The position numbers were made by a program, and so were the translations under genes. A DNA stretch of 64,000 bases from Lama guanicoe (lineage: Eukaryota), in assembly GCA_013239625.1 (NCBI GenBank), contig MU053416.1, positions 109,562-173,561 on the forward strand, given 5' to 3'. How positions within the stretch are numbered: position 1 is the first letter of the stretch; each line of letters opens with the position of its first letter. This document shows positions 39,192 through 50,800 of the stretch, piece by piece. The notes under the pieces are model-generated. The model did not search any database. It had not been told where the DNA came from and saw only the letters and a program-made list of their open reading frames with translations.

Positions 39192-39310
39192 GGGGAGGGT
39201 ATAGTTCAAGGGGTAGATTTCATGCTGGGTTCAATTCCCACTATCTCAATGTAATAAAATAATAAGAAAAATTCTTTTTATAAAAAAGAAAAAGAACAAA
39301 GAAGAAAAGA
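39192..39310 (+). mobile_element. tRNA-derived SINE (camelid type, internally deleted)
   Basis: ggggagggtatagttcaaggggtaga...ctgggttcaattccca followed by an A-rich tail. Confidence 0.75.
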
Positions 39311-40488
39311 GATCTCAAACAAACCAACTTTAAATGGAAAAAATGTTTTTTAAAAATAGTAATCAGCTCAGTCTTTTGCTAGATTAGGAGTTTGGGATTA
39401 ACAGGTACACACTACTATGAATAAAGTAGTTTTAAATAAAGTTATTTTATTCATTTATTTATGAATAAAATAAATAACCAACTCCCACGTACTTAGTAAC
39501 CTAGTTCAACCTGAATCCTTTCTCTTTTTTCCCCTAAGCAACCCGTGGAAACCTCTGAAATTCTCAACTTATAAAAGAATTCATTTAAAGGTGGTTTGAA
39601 AGTTACTGCTTAAAATATTTATTTGTGGTTCCATGAATATAGGTCTAGTAAGAAATATAGACAATAAACCAGTAAGCAAATAAATATATTATGTACTGCC
39701 AGGTACTAAAAACTTCCACAAAGAAACATAAAACATATTAGAAGAGAAAAATGATTGAATAGGAAATATGTGTGTGCTATTTTAAATAATGTGGTCAGAT
39801 AAGTCCTCTCTGAAGGTAAAATAATTTGAACAAAGTCCTGAATGAAGCAAAAGAATAAGCCACATAGGTAAGAGACAAGAAAAGCCCCTCAGCCCGGGAG
39901 AAGTGTAAGTGCGAGACTTGGAGTTACAAACACAGCTGTCCTGGTGGGGACCATCTGGGCGGTGAAGTTGGGCTGGAGCAGAATGGTGAGAACTGAGGCT
40001 GCAGAGTCGTGTGAGGGACCAGATCACACAGGGCCTTGGTAGAGACTTGATATTCTTTTGAATAAAATGGAAAATCACGAGAGTATTTTGTTCAGGGGAA
40101 AAACTTGATCTGATTCATACTTTAATAAGACCGTTGTGGGTAACGTATGGGGAATAAAGAATGGAAGCAGGACAAGGGAAGCTGATGGGAAGCCACTGGG
40201 AAGAGTGCTGCTGACCTGGAGAGAGACACCGAGGTTGGGCTGGGATGATGTCGGGAGACGGGCTGAAAGGGGGACACGACTTGACAATAACGGTCACAGG
40301 CCTTAGTGCTCGATTTGGACACAGCAAGACACAGAGTGGTTCACGTTGACAGGTATGTGATATTTGGGGCTGAGCCACAGTTTTTGTGCAGAGACCTGAC
40401 AGGAGAATAAAGTGGGGACGTTGACGTCGGTAAGAAGGGTTGGTGGGCGTTGAATTCCCCCTAGAGCCGTGTCTCTGTTTCTCTGTAG

Positions 40489-40667
40489 ATGAAGTCAGCA
40501 GAGCAGGGATGGGTGTTCCTACTTCTGCAGAGAATTGCGTATCCTCCTCATAGAGAAATTCGAGAGGCCGACCTGCCGATCCAATTGCAACATCTTGAAT
40601 CTGCTTCTTTCTATCCAGGAGATTTCCAACTAAGATGCCAATCGAAAATTCCCGTGTCCAGAGTTAG
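40489..40667 (+). pseudogene. Candidate terminal exon remnant of the second unidentified gene
   Basis: Strong acceptor gtgtctctgtttctctgtag. The phase-1 join gives (D)EVSRAGMGVPTSAENCVSSS*RNSRGRPADPIATS*ICFFLSRRFPTKMPIENSRVQS*. Confidence 0.4.
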
Positions 40668-42434
40668 AGCTGTGTGCTTTTGGGATGATATCAGAGATGC
40701 CTTCACAGAGGCTCGGTGTGCTCTCTCTACCTCAGAGAACACATGTCCCCTTCAGCCTGGTGGGTCTTAGCAGAGAAGGCTTCACAAATAGCCCCTCTCA
40801 GGCCCTGGGGACCAACCTCCCTCTGGGCCAAGTTCTGAAAGCAAGCATGAGGTCCAGGCAAAGGAGCTGGCCATGTGCGATCTTGGGGAGGGCTTTGTCC
40901 AGGGAGCCATCTGGACGATTACATGATGACAGCCTACAAAAGGGTGGGAGGGTTGATGGTATAAATGGATTTTAATTTTTGCTCTGAATCTGATTCTGTC
41001 CTTCCGTTTTGTTAAGGTAGTGTTCTTAGGCTAGCCATGTTTCTCCTTTGTCTTTCTTTCTATTTGATCATCTAAGAGGTTTAGATAGGGTATTTGTTTT
41101 AGGGTAAGAACCTTTAAAAAAATCCTTGCAAATAGCATCTTATTGGGCATTTGGACAAGACAATCAGTAAATTCTCCCAGCAGTATTGAATCCCCTTGTT
41201 CCTCCAGGGGGTCTCCAAATGTATACATGTTCCAAATCTGACCCAAAACCAATGAGCTTTTTTTTTTTAATCACTTCGCCATGGACAAAAGATGTCACTA
41301 AAGAAGGTGAGAAAAGAGCAGGTCCCCATCATCCAGAGTCCGTACCAAAGAGCCCACAGAAGTAAAGAGGAGATGAAAGAGAGAAACCGTTTATTTATAT
41401 ACATGCAGGAGCCACCCAGAAAAGTAACTACCATGTTAAATGGTGAAAGTTAAAGGCTTTTTTATCAACCTAACTTAATAGGGCAAAGGGAGAGGAGAGA
41501 ATTGGCTTCCATGACAGGTTTTCTTCTACATCTATTGACTCCCAGTTATCTTCAGCTTAAATTACTTTTGTATTAACTGTGGGCTCCATCTGACTTTCCA
41601 TTCCTGGAACTTTGTTATTCTTTCTCAAATTCACTCATGTATTCTGAGCCCCTGGATTTTCCACGTGAATTTTAGATTGATGGTCAATTCCTGCAAAACA
41701 CCACCTGGGATTTGGATAGGCATTGTTTGATTCCTTAGTTCTATTCGTGGACTATTGTCATCTTAGTAGAATGAAGCCTTCTGCTCCATGAATATGGGAT
41801 TACTTTCTGTGAATGTAGGTCTTAATTTCTCTCACCAGAATCTCTCATCTATTGTAGTCTTCAGTGTCCAAGTCTGGTACTTCTTCCTCACCTCTATTGG
41901 ATGCTGCTTCAGAACAGACACGACCTCCTGGAAAACCTCAACTGCCATGGAGCTGAGATGGAACTGAGTCCTGAGAAGGCTTTAAATTCTTTTAAAAATA
42001 GGATTAATGTACTTTAATTATTCCAGAGATGAGTAATGAATGTGTCACATTAACATAGGATTTTAATCCTTTTAGAATTAGAGCAATACATACACATTAC
42101 AAAAAATTGAAATATTACCTAAAAGAGAAGAGAAGAGATTTTAATTCCCACCCACAGAGGTAACTCTCATGAATGATTTGGTGCTTGTGTTTCAGTCTCT
42201 GTGTCTCTCTGTCTCCATCTCTGTCTCTCACACACTCACAATCAGATTCATTTCCATCTATGTTGATTTCGCACATATGTGGTCGTGCAGATGGGACCCT
42301 GGATGCAGGCGGCGGGTCTGCATACTTCCACCACAACTGCACAGCATTCATTCATCTACGTGAACCAGAACGTGTGGACCCCATCCCATCTCCATTTACG
42401 TTAGTGTTGCTTTAATTCCAACTGTTTCGAGCAG

Positions 42435-43470
42435 TGCTGTGATGATCACCCTTGAAAAGACATCTTTGAATAGGTGTGCAAGGACTTTAGTGGGATGAAC
42501 TCTAAGGATGCTGGGGAAGGGATGCACATGTGGCCCTTTGATTAGTGCTGCACCCAGTTCTCCCAGAGAGGAGTGTCCGTCCCTCTTCCCTCCAGGGTAT
42601 ATACTGGAGCCTCTGCCTTCTCACATTGTCAACAGGGCTGGTTGTCACCCGGGCTGGTTGTCACCTGACTAAAGACCTGCCAGTGTGATGCTGACAAGTG
42701 TTCTTTCAATAGTGTATACATCCGCCTGTGTCCTCACCTGAGAGGTCAAGCATCTCTGACACACACTGGCCACCTGCACTGCCTCTCATTGGAACTGCCC
42801 ATGCCTGTTCTCTTTCTGTTTAGAACACTGGGTTTCGAGAGGTTTTTGGGCTACAGGGATGTGAAAACTTTCTCCAGACTTGGGTTATGAGGAACAAATT
42901 TACTAGGTTGTGGTTTGTCTTTCCATCTGTTTTCTGGGCTTTTGCTAATTTTTTTTTTGTTTGGTTGGTTGTGTTTTTGCCACAGGAAGAGATAAGCATC
43001 TCCCTTCTGTCTTCTGGCTGTGGTGTCACAGGGGGAACAGCAGTGTCGACCCTGAGATTATGCACAGAGTTACTAAAAGGGCTTCATTTTGTACATCACA
43101 TCTTTAATCCCCCTGGATATCCCTTTCAAATAATAAAAATGCTGTTTCAAGTGAAAACAAACAAACAAAAAATCTCCAGCCCCAGCTTAAAACATGTGGG
43201 CAGGCACAAAAACCAACTTTCATAAAGTTTCATTGACAGGGAACACCCAGGAGAGGTAAAGTCACCCAGAGAGAAAGAGGACTTGGGGTTGCCAGGGGCT
43301 GGGGGAGGGAGAAAGAGGAGTGCATGCTCTGCATCCAGGGTTTTACTTTGAGGAAAGAAATAGTGTGAAACTAGATGGTAGTGATGGTAGCACATCATGT
43401 GAATGCCTCTAATGCTCCTGAACTGCACAATTTAAAAGGGGAAAAGTCTATATTTTATTAATGAATCTTT
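42435..43470 (+). repeat. Copy 1 of an old ~1 kb direct duplication
   Basis: Colinear with 46035-47065. Shared anchors include ctaaggat...aagggatgcac, ctgacacacactggccacctgcac, tgagattatgcaca.agttactaaaagggctt and aactgcacaatttaaaa. Confidence 0.9.
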
Positions 43471-46034
43471 AAAAAGAGAAACAAAGAATGCCATAAATGA
43501 TGTGAAACAAACAAAGGAAACTAAAGAAAACCAAACAAAAACATCTCCAGCGGAAGGGACGTCAAGATTGGGAGGGGGAGGGGGAGGGGATTGATGGTGG
43601 GATTTTGGAGAAGCAGGTGTGGGTGGGTGCAGAGTGGCTCTGCCCCAGGGGGTGGTGATGCCTGAAATGGTTCTCCGTTGCCCAGCCACCCAGGTGCAGA
43701 AGCAGTTTCAGGAGGAGCTGCAGGAGCGGCAGGAGGGAACTCGGGGTCTCCTGCTGGATGCAGATCGTCCTTCTTTTGGTCTCTGATATCTTCCCCTGCC
43801 CCCTCTGTAACTGTTGGATGTGGAGAGAGTTTTAAGTCTTGTGGAAGAGCTCATGCTGTGAGAGAGGAAAAATTGACCCACCTGCCTCCCTTTCCATGTG
43901 CCTCTTCAAGGACAGAAACCTTCCCAGAGCTTTCCAGACAGCTCACACCCAGAAAGTGCCCACAGGATCTGTTCTGTGACTGAATTCTTCCAGGCAGGTG
44001 GTCTGAGGCCATTCTTTGGTCTGTTCCCAACAGTAGCCTAAGCCTCTGGGCTGTGTGGCCCGGCCCTCCCCCCTCCCTCACCTACACACATGCACCAGCC
44101 CTGCCTTTCTGATCTTCAGACTCTGCTTCGGGGGCTCCTGGGGCTCCACCTGACTTCCAGCGATGTGGGCACGGTGCTCCAGTTCAGAGCCGGGTATGCT
44201 GAGCTGCCCGTCAGCCCCGGGCAGGTCCCTGGGGAGAGCCCTGGGTGATGTCTGGGTCAGAGTCCTGCCCCATTCATTTCTGGGCCACGGTGTTGGGGAC
44301 CCCTCCATATCCAGACCCACCTGGAGCCTGCGCTGGCCCTCAGAAGTGTGGCACACCAGCCTTTCACTTGGGGAGGCAGTGTGGGTGTTCTTGTTCATCA
44401 GCTCCTTTTCAGTATGTGGTGTCTGGCCCTGCAATGACAGTGACCAGCAGCTGACCTGGCCTGGAAGTCTCAGAGCCCTGCCCGGCCAGGAACACTCCTG
44501 CTTCTGTCCACTCGATCCTCTGCTGCCAGATCAGACTGGGACCTTGTTCAGCTCAGACACCCGGGAGGGAAAAGACATACCCAGAGAGCATGGGCTCCGC
44601 CTCGGGCAGCAGGACCCTGCCCCGGCTCTCCACATCCCAGCCAGCCAGCTTTGACCTGGGCTGTGGATGTGACCGGCCCCCCAGGCCTCTGACCTGCTCT
44701 TGCTTGAGGCAGAAACCCATCCCCAGCATGACTGCTCCACCTCCACCAGCCAGGACGGGGCCGTGGGTCTATCTGTGTGGGATCTGAGTGGTGGCCCGGC
44801 CTGGGCGGGCCTGCTCTGGGCCTCCCGGTGTTACCTTTGGGTCTCTCTGACCAAAAGGCCAGAGGCGCCTTGGGTGAGACCTGACCCAGCGCCGGCAGCA
44901 TTGGTACAGCCCCTCACTGCAGGCTTTCCAGGGGCTGTGGCCTCGGGATATTGGGATGCAGCAGAACATGCCTCTGTCTCCAACCAGGTGAGCTGAGTAG
45001 GGACTTCTCTACAGTGTGAGTGCCTGCTGGCCTCTGTTCTGAGTTGTGCTCTATTGCCAGGGAAGTGATGTCACTTCCTGGAGTCCCCTTACCCAAGCCT
45101 CCTCCCTAAACAAAGCTCCCCAAGGGATTTTCTGGTCTGCCAATGGCTCACTTCCCTCCCCAAAAAGCGACACCAACTCAGCCCCCAACCATAGCCGTGG
45201 GGAGGCCTGGATGCAGCCAGGGCCACAGCTCTGAGGACACAGGTGGGTTCAGACCTGGCTCTCCCCACTCAGCAGTGATGTCACCCTGGACAAGACATGT
45301 GCCTCTCAGGGCCTCCCCAGTCCCCCATCGGCACAGTGGGGATCATTCTGGCCCCTGCTTCCTAGCGAAGCCATCCTGTCTTTAGACCAAGAAACACCTA
45401 CTGCATATGTCACCCCCATGGGCTGGCATCACAGGGAGTTCGTGCACAGACTCAGCAGATGGAGGACCCCACAGAGGGCTGGCAGAGCACAGAGCACATG
45501 CCACACAGGCCGAGGTCTGCCCTGGGGTCTGGAGAAAGTCACTTTCCTTGCTGCTTGCTTCCCAGCTCCCAGTTGTGAGACTAAAATTAAATACAACACT
45601 GACTTCGTCCACTCTGGCATACAACATCCTAGGTCATTCTGTCATGTTGACATACAGGCCCAGTGTCTCATCTCGTCCTCTGTGGTGGACTGCCCACAAT
45701 GGCTTCCTATTTTTTCCCTTCTGTTCCCACGCCATTGTGTGATCCCCACACCCTCCCCTGGATTGTGGATTAACATTGGAACCAGCTTGTGACATGTAGA
45801 CTGACTTGTGAAAATGTGCGTGAGTTCCACTCATTCCAAGCTCCAGTGTTTATTTTCTCTGTCTCTCAGTGCCTCTCTCTCTGTCTTGTCTCTCTCTGTT
45901 TCTCTGTCTCCCCCTGCTTCTCTGTGTTTCTGTCTGTCTGTCTCTTTTCCTGGATGTATGTATGTATATATTTATGTGTATATCTGTGTATTTATGTGTG
46001 TGTATTGTTAAGTCCCAGGAAAGGTCACTTCTGA

Positions 46035-47065
46035 AAATGCCTTGATGACATATTGATTATTTTGAATTCATGTTACTGAGGAAAAATCATCTTTGAAATT
46101 TGTATAAGAACTTTGTTGGGATCAGCTCTAAGGATCAGCACTGCTGGGAAAGGGATGCACCTGTGGCACTTTTATATATCCTGTACCCTGTTCTCCCAGA
46201 AAGGAGTGTCTATTTGCTCTTCCTTCCAGGCAATCTGCTGGGTCCTCTGCCTCCTCACATTGTCACCAGAGCTGCTTGTCACCAGGCTAAAGACCTACCA
46301 GTGTGATGGTGGCCAATGCTGTCTCCACAGTGTGTTCGTCTGCCTGTGTCCTCACCTGACACACACTGGCCACCTGCACGGCCTCTCATTGGAACTGACT
46401 GTGTGTGTTTTGTTTCTTTTCAGAACACTGGGTTTCAAGAGGTTTTTGGCCCACAGGGATGTGAAGCCTTTCTCTGACCTTGAGTCATGAGCAATGCTTT
46501 TCTCAGGCTGTGGTTTGTCTTTCCAGCTGTCTTTCTTGGCATTTGTTTTCTGGTTTGGTTTGGATTTATTTTGCTACAGGAAGAGATAGGCATCTCCCTT
46601 CTGGCTCTGGTTTCACACTTAGAACAGCAGTGCCTACTATGAGATTATGCACATAGTTACTAAAAGGGCTTTATTTAGTACGTCTCATCTTTAATCCATC
46701 TGGATTTTCCTCTCAAAGTACAAAAATGCTAATTCACGTGAAAACAAAAAAATTCACCCATCTCTGCTTAAGATATATGGGCAGACAAAAATACAAAAAC
46801 AAAAAGAGAAAAGCCAACATTTATATGATTTCATTGATAGGGAACCACCAGGATAGGTAAAGACACACAGAGAGAAATGGGATAAGGGCTTGTCACAGTC
46901 TGGGGGAGGGAGGACGTGGGGTGTGCTTTGGATACAAGGTTTTACTTTAAGGAAAGCAATAGCCTGAAGCCAGTGGTGTTGGTCTCACAGCATTGTGAAT
47001 GCACCTAATGCACCTTAACTGCACAATTTAAAATGGGAAAAGGCTAAACTTTATTCTTATAAACT
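46035..47065 (+). repeat. Copy 2 of the ~1 kb direct duplication
   Basis: Matches copy 1 at an offset of ~3.6 kb, with many substitutions and indels. Confidence 0.9.
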
Positions 47066-47094
47066 TAAAATTTAAAAATAGAATATATTATATT

Positions 47095-47375
47095 AGAAAA
47101 GACTCCATATTAGATTTGTTCTTTGGCTTTAATCTTGTGCCCTCTTTTCTAGGCTGTCTTTCTAGCTCTGCACCTTTTGTAAAACAGTGTTGCCTTTACC
47201 TGAAATATATAGGAGAGCCTATTTTCAAGGCTCTGATATTTAAGGATCTTAAAACTTTTGCACTGATATAAAGACAACAAGTTGCAAAATAGAAAATAAA
47301 TTTTGTTTTGTTAGAGGTTTTACAGAGGCACTATGACCTGATCCATTTAGACATCTGCAGACCAAGATAAAGGCA
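47095..47375 (+). mobile_element. ERV LTR 5' fragment, same family as the solo LTR at 54506
   Basis: Shares ccatatt.gat.tgttc, gctctgcaccttttgtaaaaca and agcctatt.tca.ggctctga with 54520-54790. Confidence 0.85.
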
Positions 47376-47409
47376 GACTAATGTCCTCGAAGACAATCTT
47401 CCCCATGTG

Positions 47410-47546
47410 AGACTTCACGCTCATTTTTTAATAAAAGTTGAAAGCACTGTGGTTGGTTGTTTCAAACTTCTTGGTGTAGGATTTCTTTGTTCTTGGAATC
47501 CTCTGAGCTCCACATGTGGGTCAGATCATGGTGTCCCTATAAAACC
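47410..47546 (-). mobile_element. Inverted fragment of the same ERV LTR family
   Basis: gtggttggttgtttcaaacttcttggtgtagg...tgtgggtcagatcatggtgtccctataa is the reverse complement of ~54745-54870. Confidence 0.8.
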
Positions 47547-47878
47547 GGAACACAGGGTTCTGCTTCAGGGAAACTGCGCTACTTACATATCTATGGGGTG
47601 GCACTCAATCCAACTCAGCTTTCCAGCACAAACTGCCTTTCCTTGCAAACCGGCTTTAGGAAACATGCTGAGAAATCACAGTCAGTGATTCAAGATGTCC
47701 CTCAGCCCTTGATGCTAGAGGCAGCAATGCCTCTCTCCTTGCTCCATTCTCAAATCTGAATGTGTGTTTAAGTGGTCCTTCAAATACCTTCTTGGGAACA
47801 CAGAATTTCTGCTTGAGGGGATCTACACTACTTACATATTTATGGGGAGGCACTCGCTCAAGTTCAGTTTCCCAGCGC
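47547..47878 (-). repeat. Satellite monomers in inverted orientation (~1.3 units)
   Basis: aggaaacatgctgagaaatca and ctacttacatat...ggggaggcact are reverse complements of the forward monomer motifs. Confidence 0.9.
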
Positions 47879-50800
47879 CTTTTTGCAAGGAAGGGAAGTT
47901 TGCGCTGAAAAACTGAGGTGAAGCAAGTGCCTCCAAAAAGATATGTAAGTAGCGTAGTGCCCGTAGGCGAGAAACTCTGGGTGTCCAACAAGGTAGGTGA
48001 AGGACAGCTCCAACACACATTCAGTAGTCCGAAGTGAGCAAATGGTGAGGCATTCCTTCATCCAGCATTGAAGGTTTAGTGACATACAGGAACACTTACT
48101 CTGATTTCTCAGCATGTTTCTCACAGCCGGTTTCAAGTAAAAGTGGTTTACAGTGAAAAACCGAGTTCGTGCCAGTACATCGCCATATATATGAAGGCAC
48201 CACAGTTGCCCTAGGCCAGAAACTCTGGGTTCCCCAAAAGCTAGGTGAAGAACGGTTTCCACAACATATTCTTCTGAAAGTTGAGCATGTAGAGAGGCGT
48301 TCTTTCATCCAGTATACACATTCTCTGACTTCTCAGCATGTTTCCTAACGCTGGTTTCAAAGAAAAAGCGGTTTGATGTGGAAAACTGCATTGGAGCAAG
48401 TGCCTCCCCTAAGATATGTAAGTAGCGTAGATCCCCAAGACAAGAAACCCTGGGTTTCCAACAACTTACGTGAGCAACGGCTCCTAAACACATTCAGATA
48501 TCAGAAGTGAGCATGTGGAGAGGCGTTCTTTCATGCAGCATTGAAGGTTAAGTGACATATAGAAACACTTACTCTGATTTCTCAGCATGTTTCCCAAAGA
48601 TGGTTTCAAGTAAAAGCGATTTGTAGTGAAAAACCTAGTTGGTGCTATTACGGCCCCATACATATGAAGGCAGTGCAGTTGCCCTAAGCCAGAAACTCTG
48701 AGTTCCAAAAAAGATAGGTGATTGATGGCTTTCACACATATTGGAAATTCAGAATTGAGCATGTGTAGAGGCGTTCGTTAACCAAGCATAAAGTGAATGA
48801 ATAGCAGAAGAAACACTTACTCTGATTTCTCAGTATGTTTCCAGATGCCGGTTTGAAGTTCATGCAGTTTTGACAGTAAAACCAAGTTGGAGCTAGTACC
48901 TCCCCATATATATATGTATGTAGTGTAGTTCCCCACTCAAAAGAAACTGTGTGTTCCCAACAAGCTAGGTGATTAACGGCTTTCACACACATTCAACTCT
49001 CTGAAATGAGATTGCGGAGAGGTGTTCGTTCAACTAGCATAAAGGGAATGGGGAACAGTAGAAACACATACAGTGATTTCTCAGTATGTTTTCTAGTGCC
49101 AGTTAAAAGTTTATGCAGTTTTAACTGTAAAACTGAGTTGGAGCTAGTATCTCCCCATATATACGCATGTAGCGTATTTCCCCACTAAAAAGAAACACCA
49201 ACAACCAGGTGATTGAAAGGTTTCACACTCATTCAACTCTCAGAATTGAGCATGTGTAGAGGCGTTCGTTCATCTAGCATAAAGGGAACGGGGAGCAGTA
49301 GAAACAATTACTTTGATTTCTCAGTATGTTTCCTAGGGCCGGTATGAAGTTCATGCATTTTTCACTGTAAAACCGAGTTGGGGCTACTACCTCCCCATAT
49401 ATATGCATGTTGTTTAGTTCCCCACTCTAAATAAATGTGTGTTCTCAACAAAGTAGATGATTGATGGCTTTCACACACGTTCACCTCTCAGAATTGAGCA
49501 TGTGAAGAGGCTTTCTTTCATCTAGCATAAAGGGAATGTGTAGCAGTAGAAATCCTTACTTTGATTTCTCAGTGTGTTTCCTCCTACCGGTCTGAAGTTT
49601 ATGCAGTTGCACTGTAAAACCGAGTTGTAGCTAGTACCTCCCCTTATATATGTATTTAGGGTAGTTCCCCACTCAAAAGAAACTGTATGTTCCTGACAAG
49701 GTAGATGATTGATAGCTTCCTCGCAGATTCAACTCTCAGAACTGAGCATGTGTTGTGGTGTTCTTTCATCTAGCATAAATGGAATGGGTAGCAGTAGAAA
49801 TAGTTACTCTGATTTCTCAGACTGTTTCCTCCTGCCGGTTTGGTGTTCATGTAGCTTTCACAGTAAAACTGATTTATAGCTAGTAATTCCCCATATATAC
49901 GTATTTAGTGTATTTCCCCACACAAAAAAAACAAACTAAATGATTGGTGGCTTTCACACAGTCAACTCTCAGAATTGAGCATGTGGAGAGGCGTTCATTC
50001 ATCTAGCATAAATGCAACAGGTAGCAACATAAACACTTTGATTTCTCAGAATGTTTCCTAGTGCCGGTTTAAGTTCATGCAGTTTTCACTGTAAAAAGGA
50101 CTTGTAGCTAGCAACTCCCAATACATATGTTTGTAATGTAGTTTCCAACTCCAAATGAACTGTGTGTTCCAGACAAGCTAAGTGATTGACGGCTTACACA
50201 CAGATTCAACTCTCAGAACTGAGCGTGTGGAGAGGCGTTCGTTCATCTAGCATAAAGGGAATGGGTTGCAGTAAAAACACTTCCTCAGGTTTCTCAGTAT
50301 GTTTCTTAGTGCTGGTTAGAAATTCATCCACTTTTCACTGTAAAACCGAGTTAGAGCAACTACCTGCCCATTTATCTGTATGTAGTGTATTTTCCCACTG
50401 AAAACAAATCGTGCGTACCCAACAAGCTAGGTGATTGACGGCTTTCACACACACATATCTCTCAGAATTGAGCATGTGGAGAGACGATTGTTCATCTAGC
50501 ATAAAGGGAATGGGTTGCATTACAAACACTTACTCTGGTTTCTCAGTATGTTTCCTAGTGCCGGTTTGAAGATCCTGCAGTTTTCACTGTAAAACCGAGT
50601 TGTAAGAAGTACCTCTGCATATATATAAGAATGTAGTGTAGTTTCCCTCTGAAAAGAAATGCTGTGTTCCGAACAAGTTAGGTGATTGACGGCTTTCACA
50701 CACACTTAACTCTCAGAATTTAGCAAGTCGAGAGACGTTGTTTCATCTAGCTTAAAGGGAATGGGTTGTAGTACACTTACTCTTGTTTCTCAGTCTGTTT

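Noticed and set aside
43176..43214. V(D)J recombination signal (nonamer ACAAAAACC at 43206)
   Set aside because: There is no CACAGTG heptamer at 12 or 23 bp and no V segment, and the site lies in L1-like debris.
49262..49290. CENP-B box in the satellite (gttcgttcatctagc)
   Set aside because: It has TTCG but lacks the correctly spaced A and CGGG of the 17-bp box.
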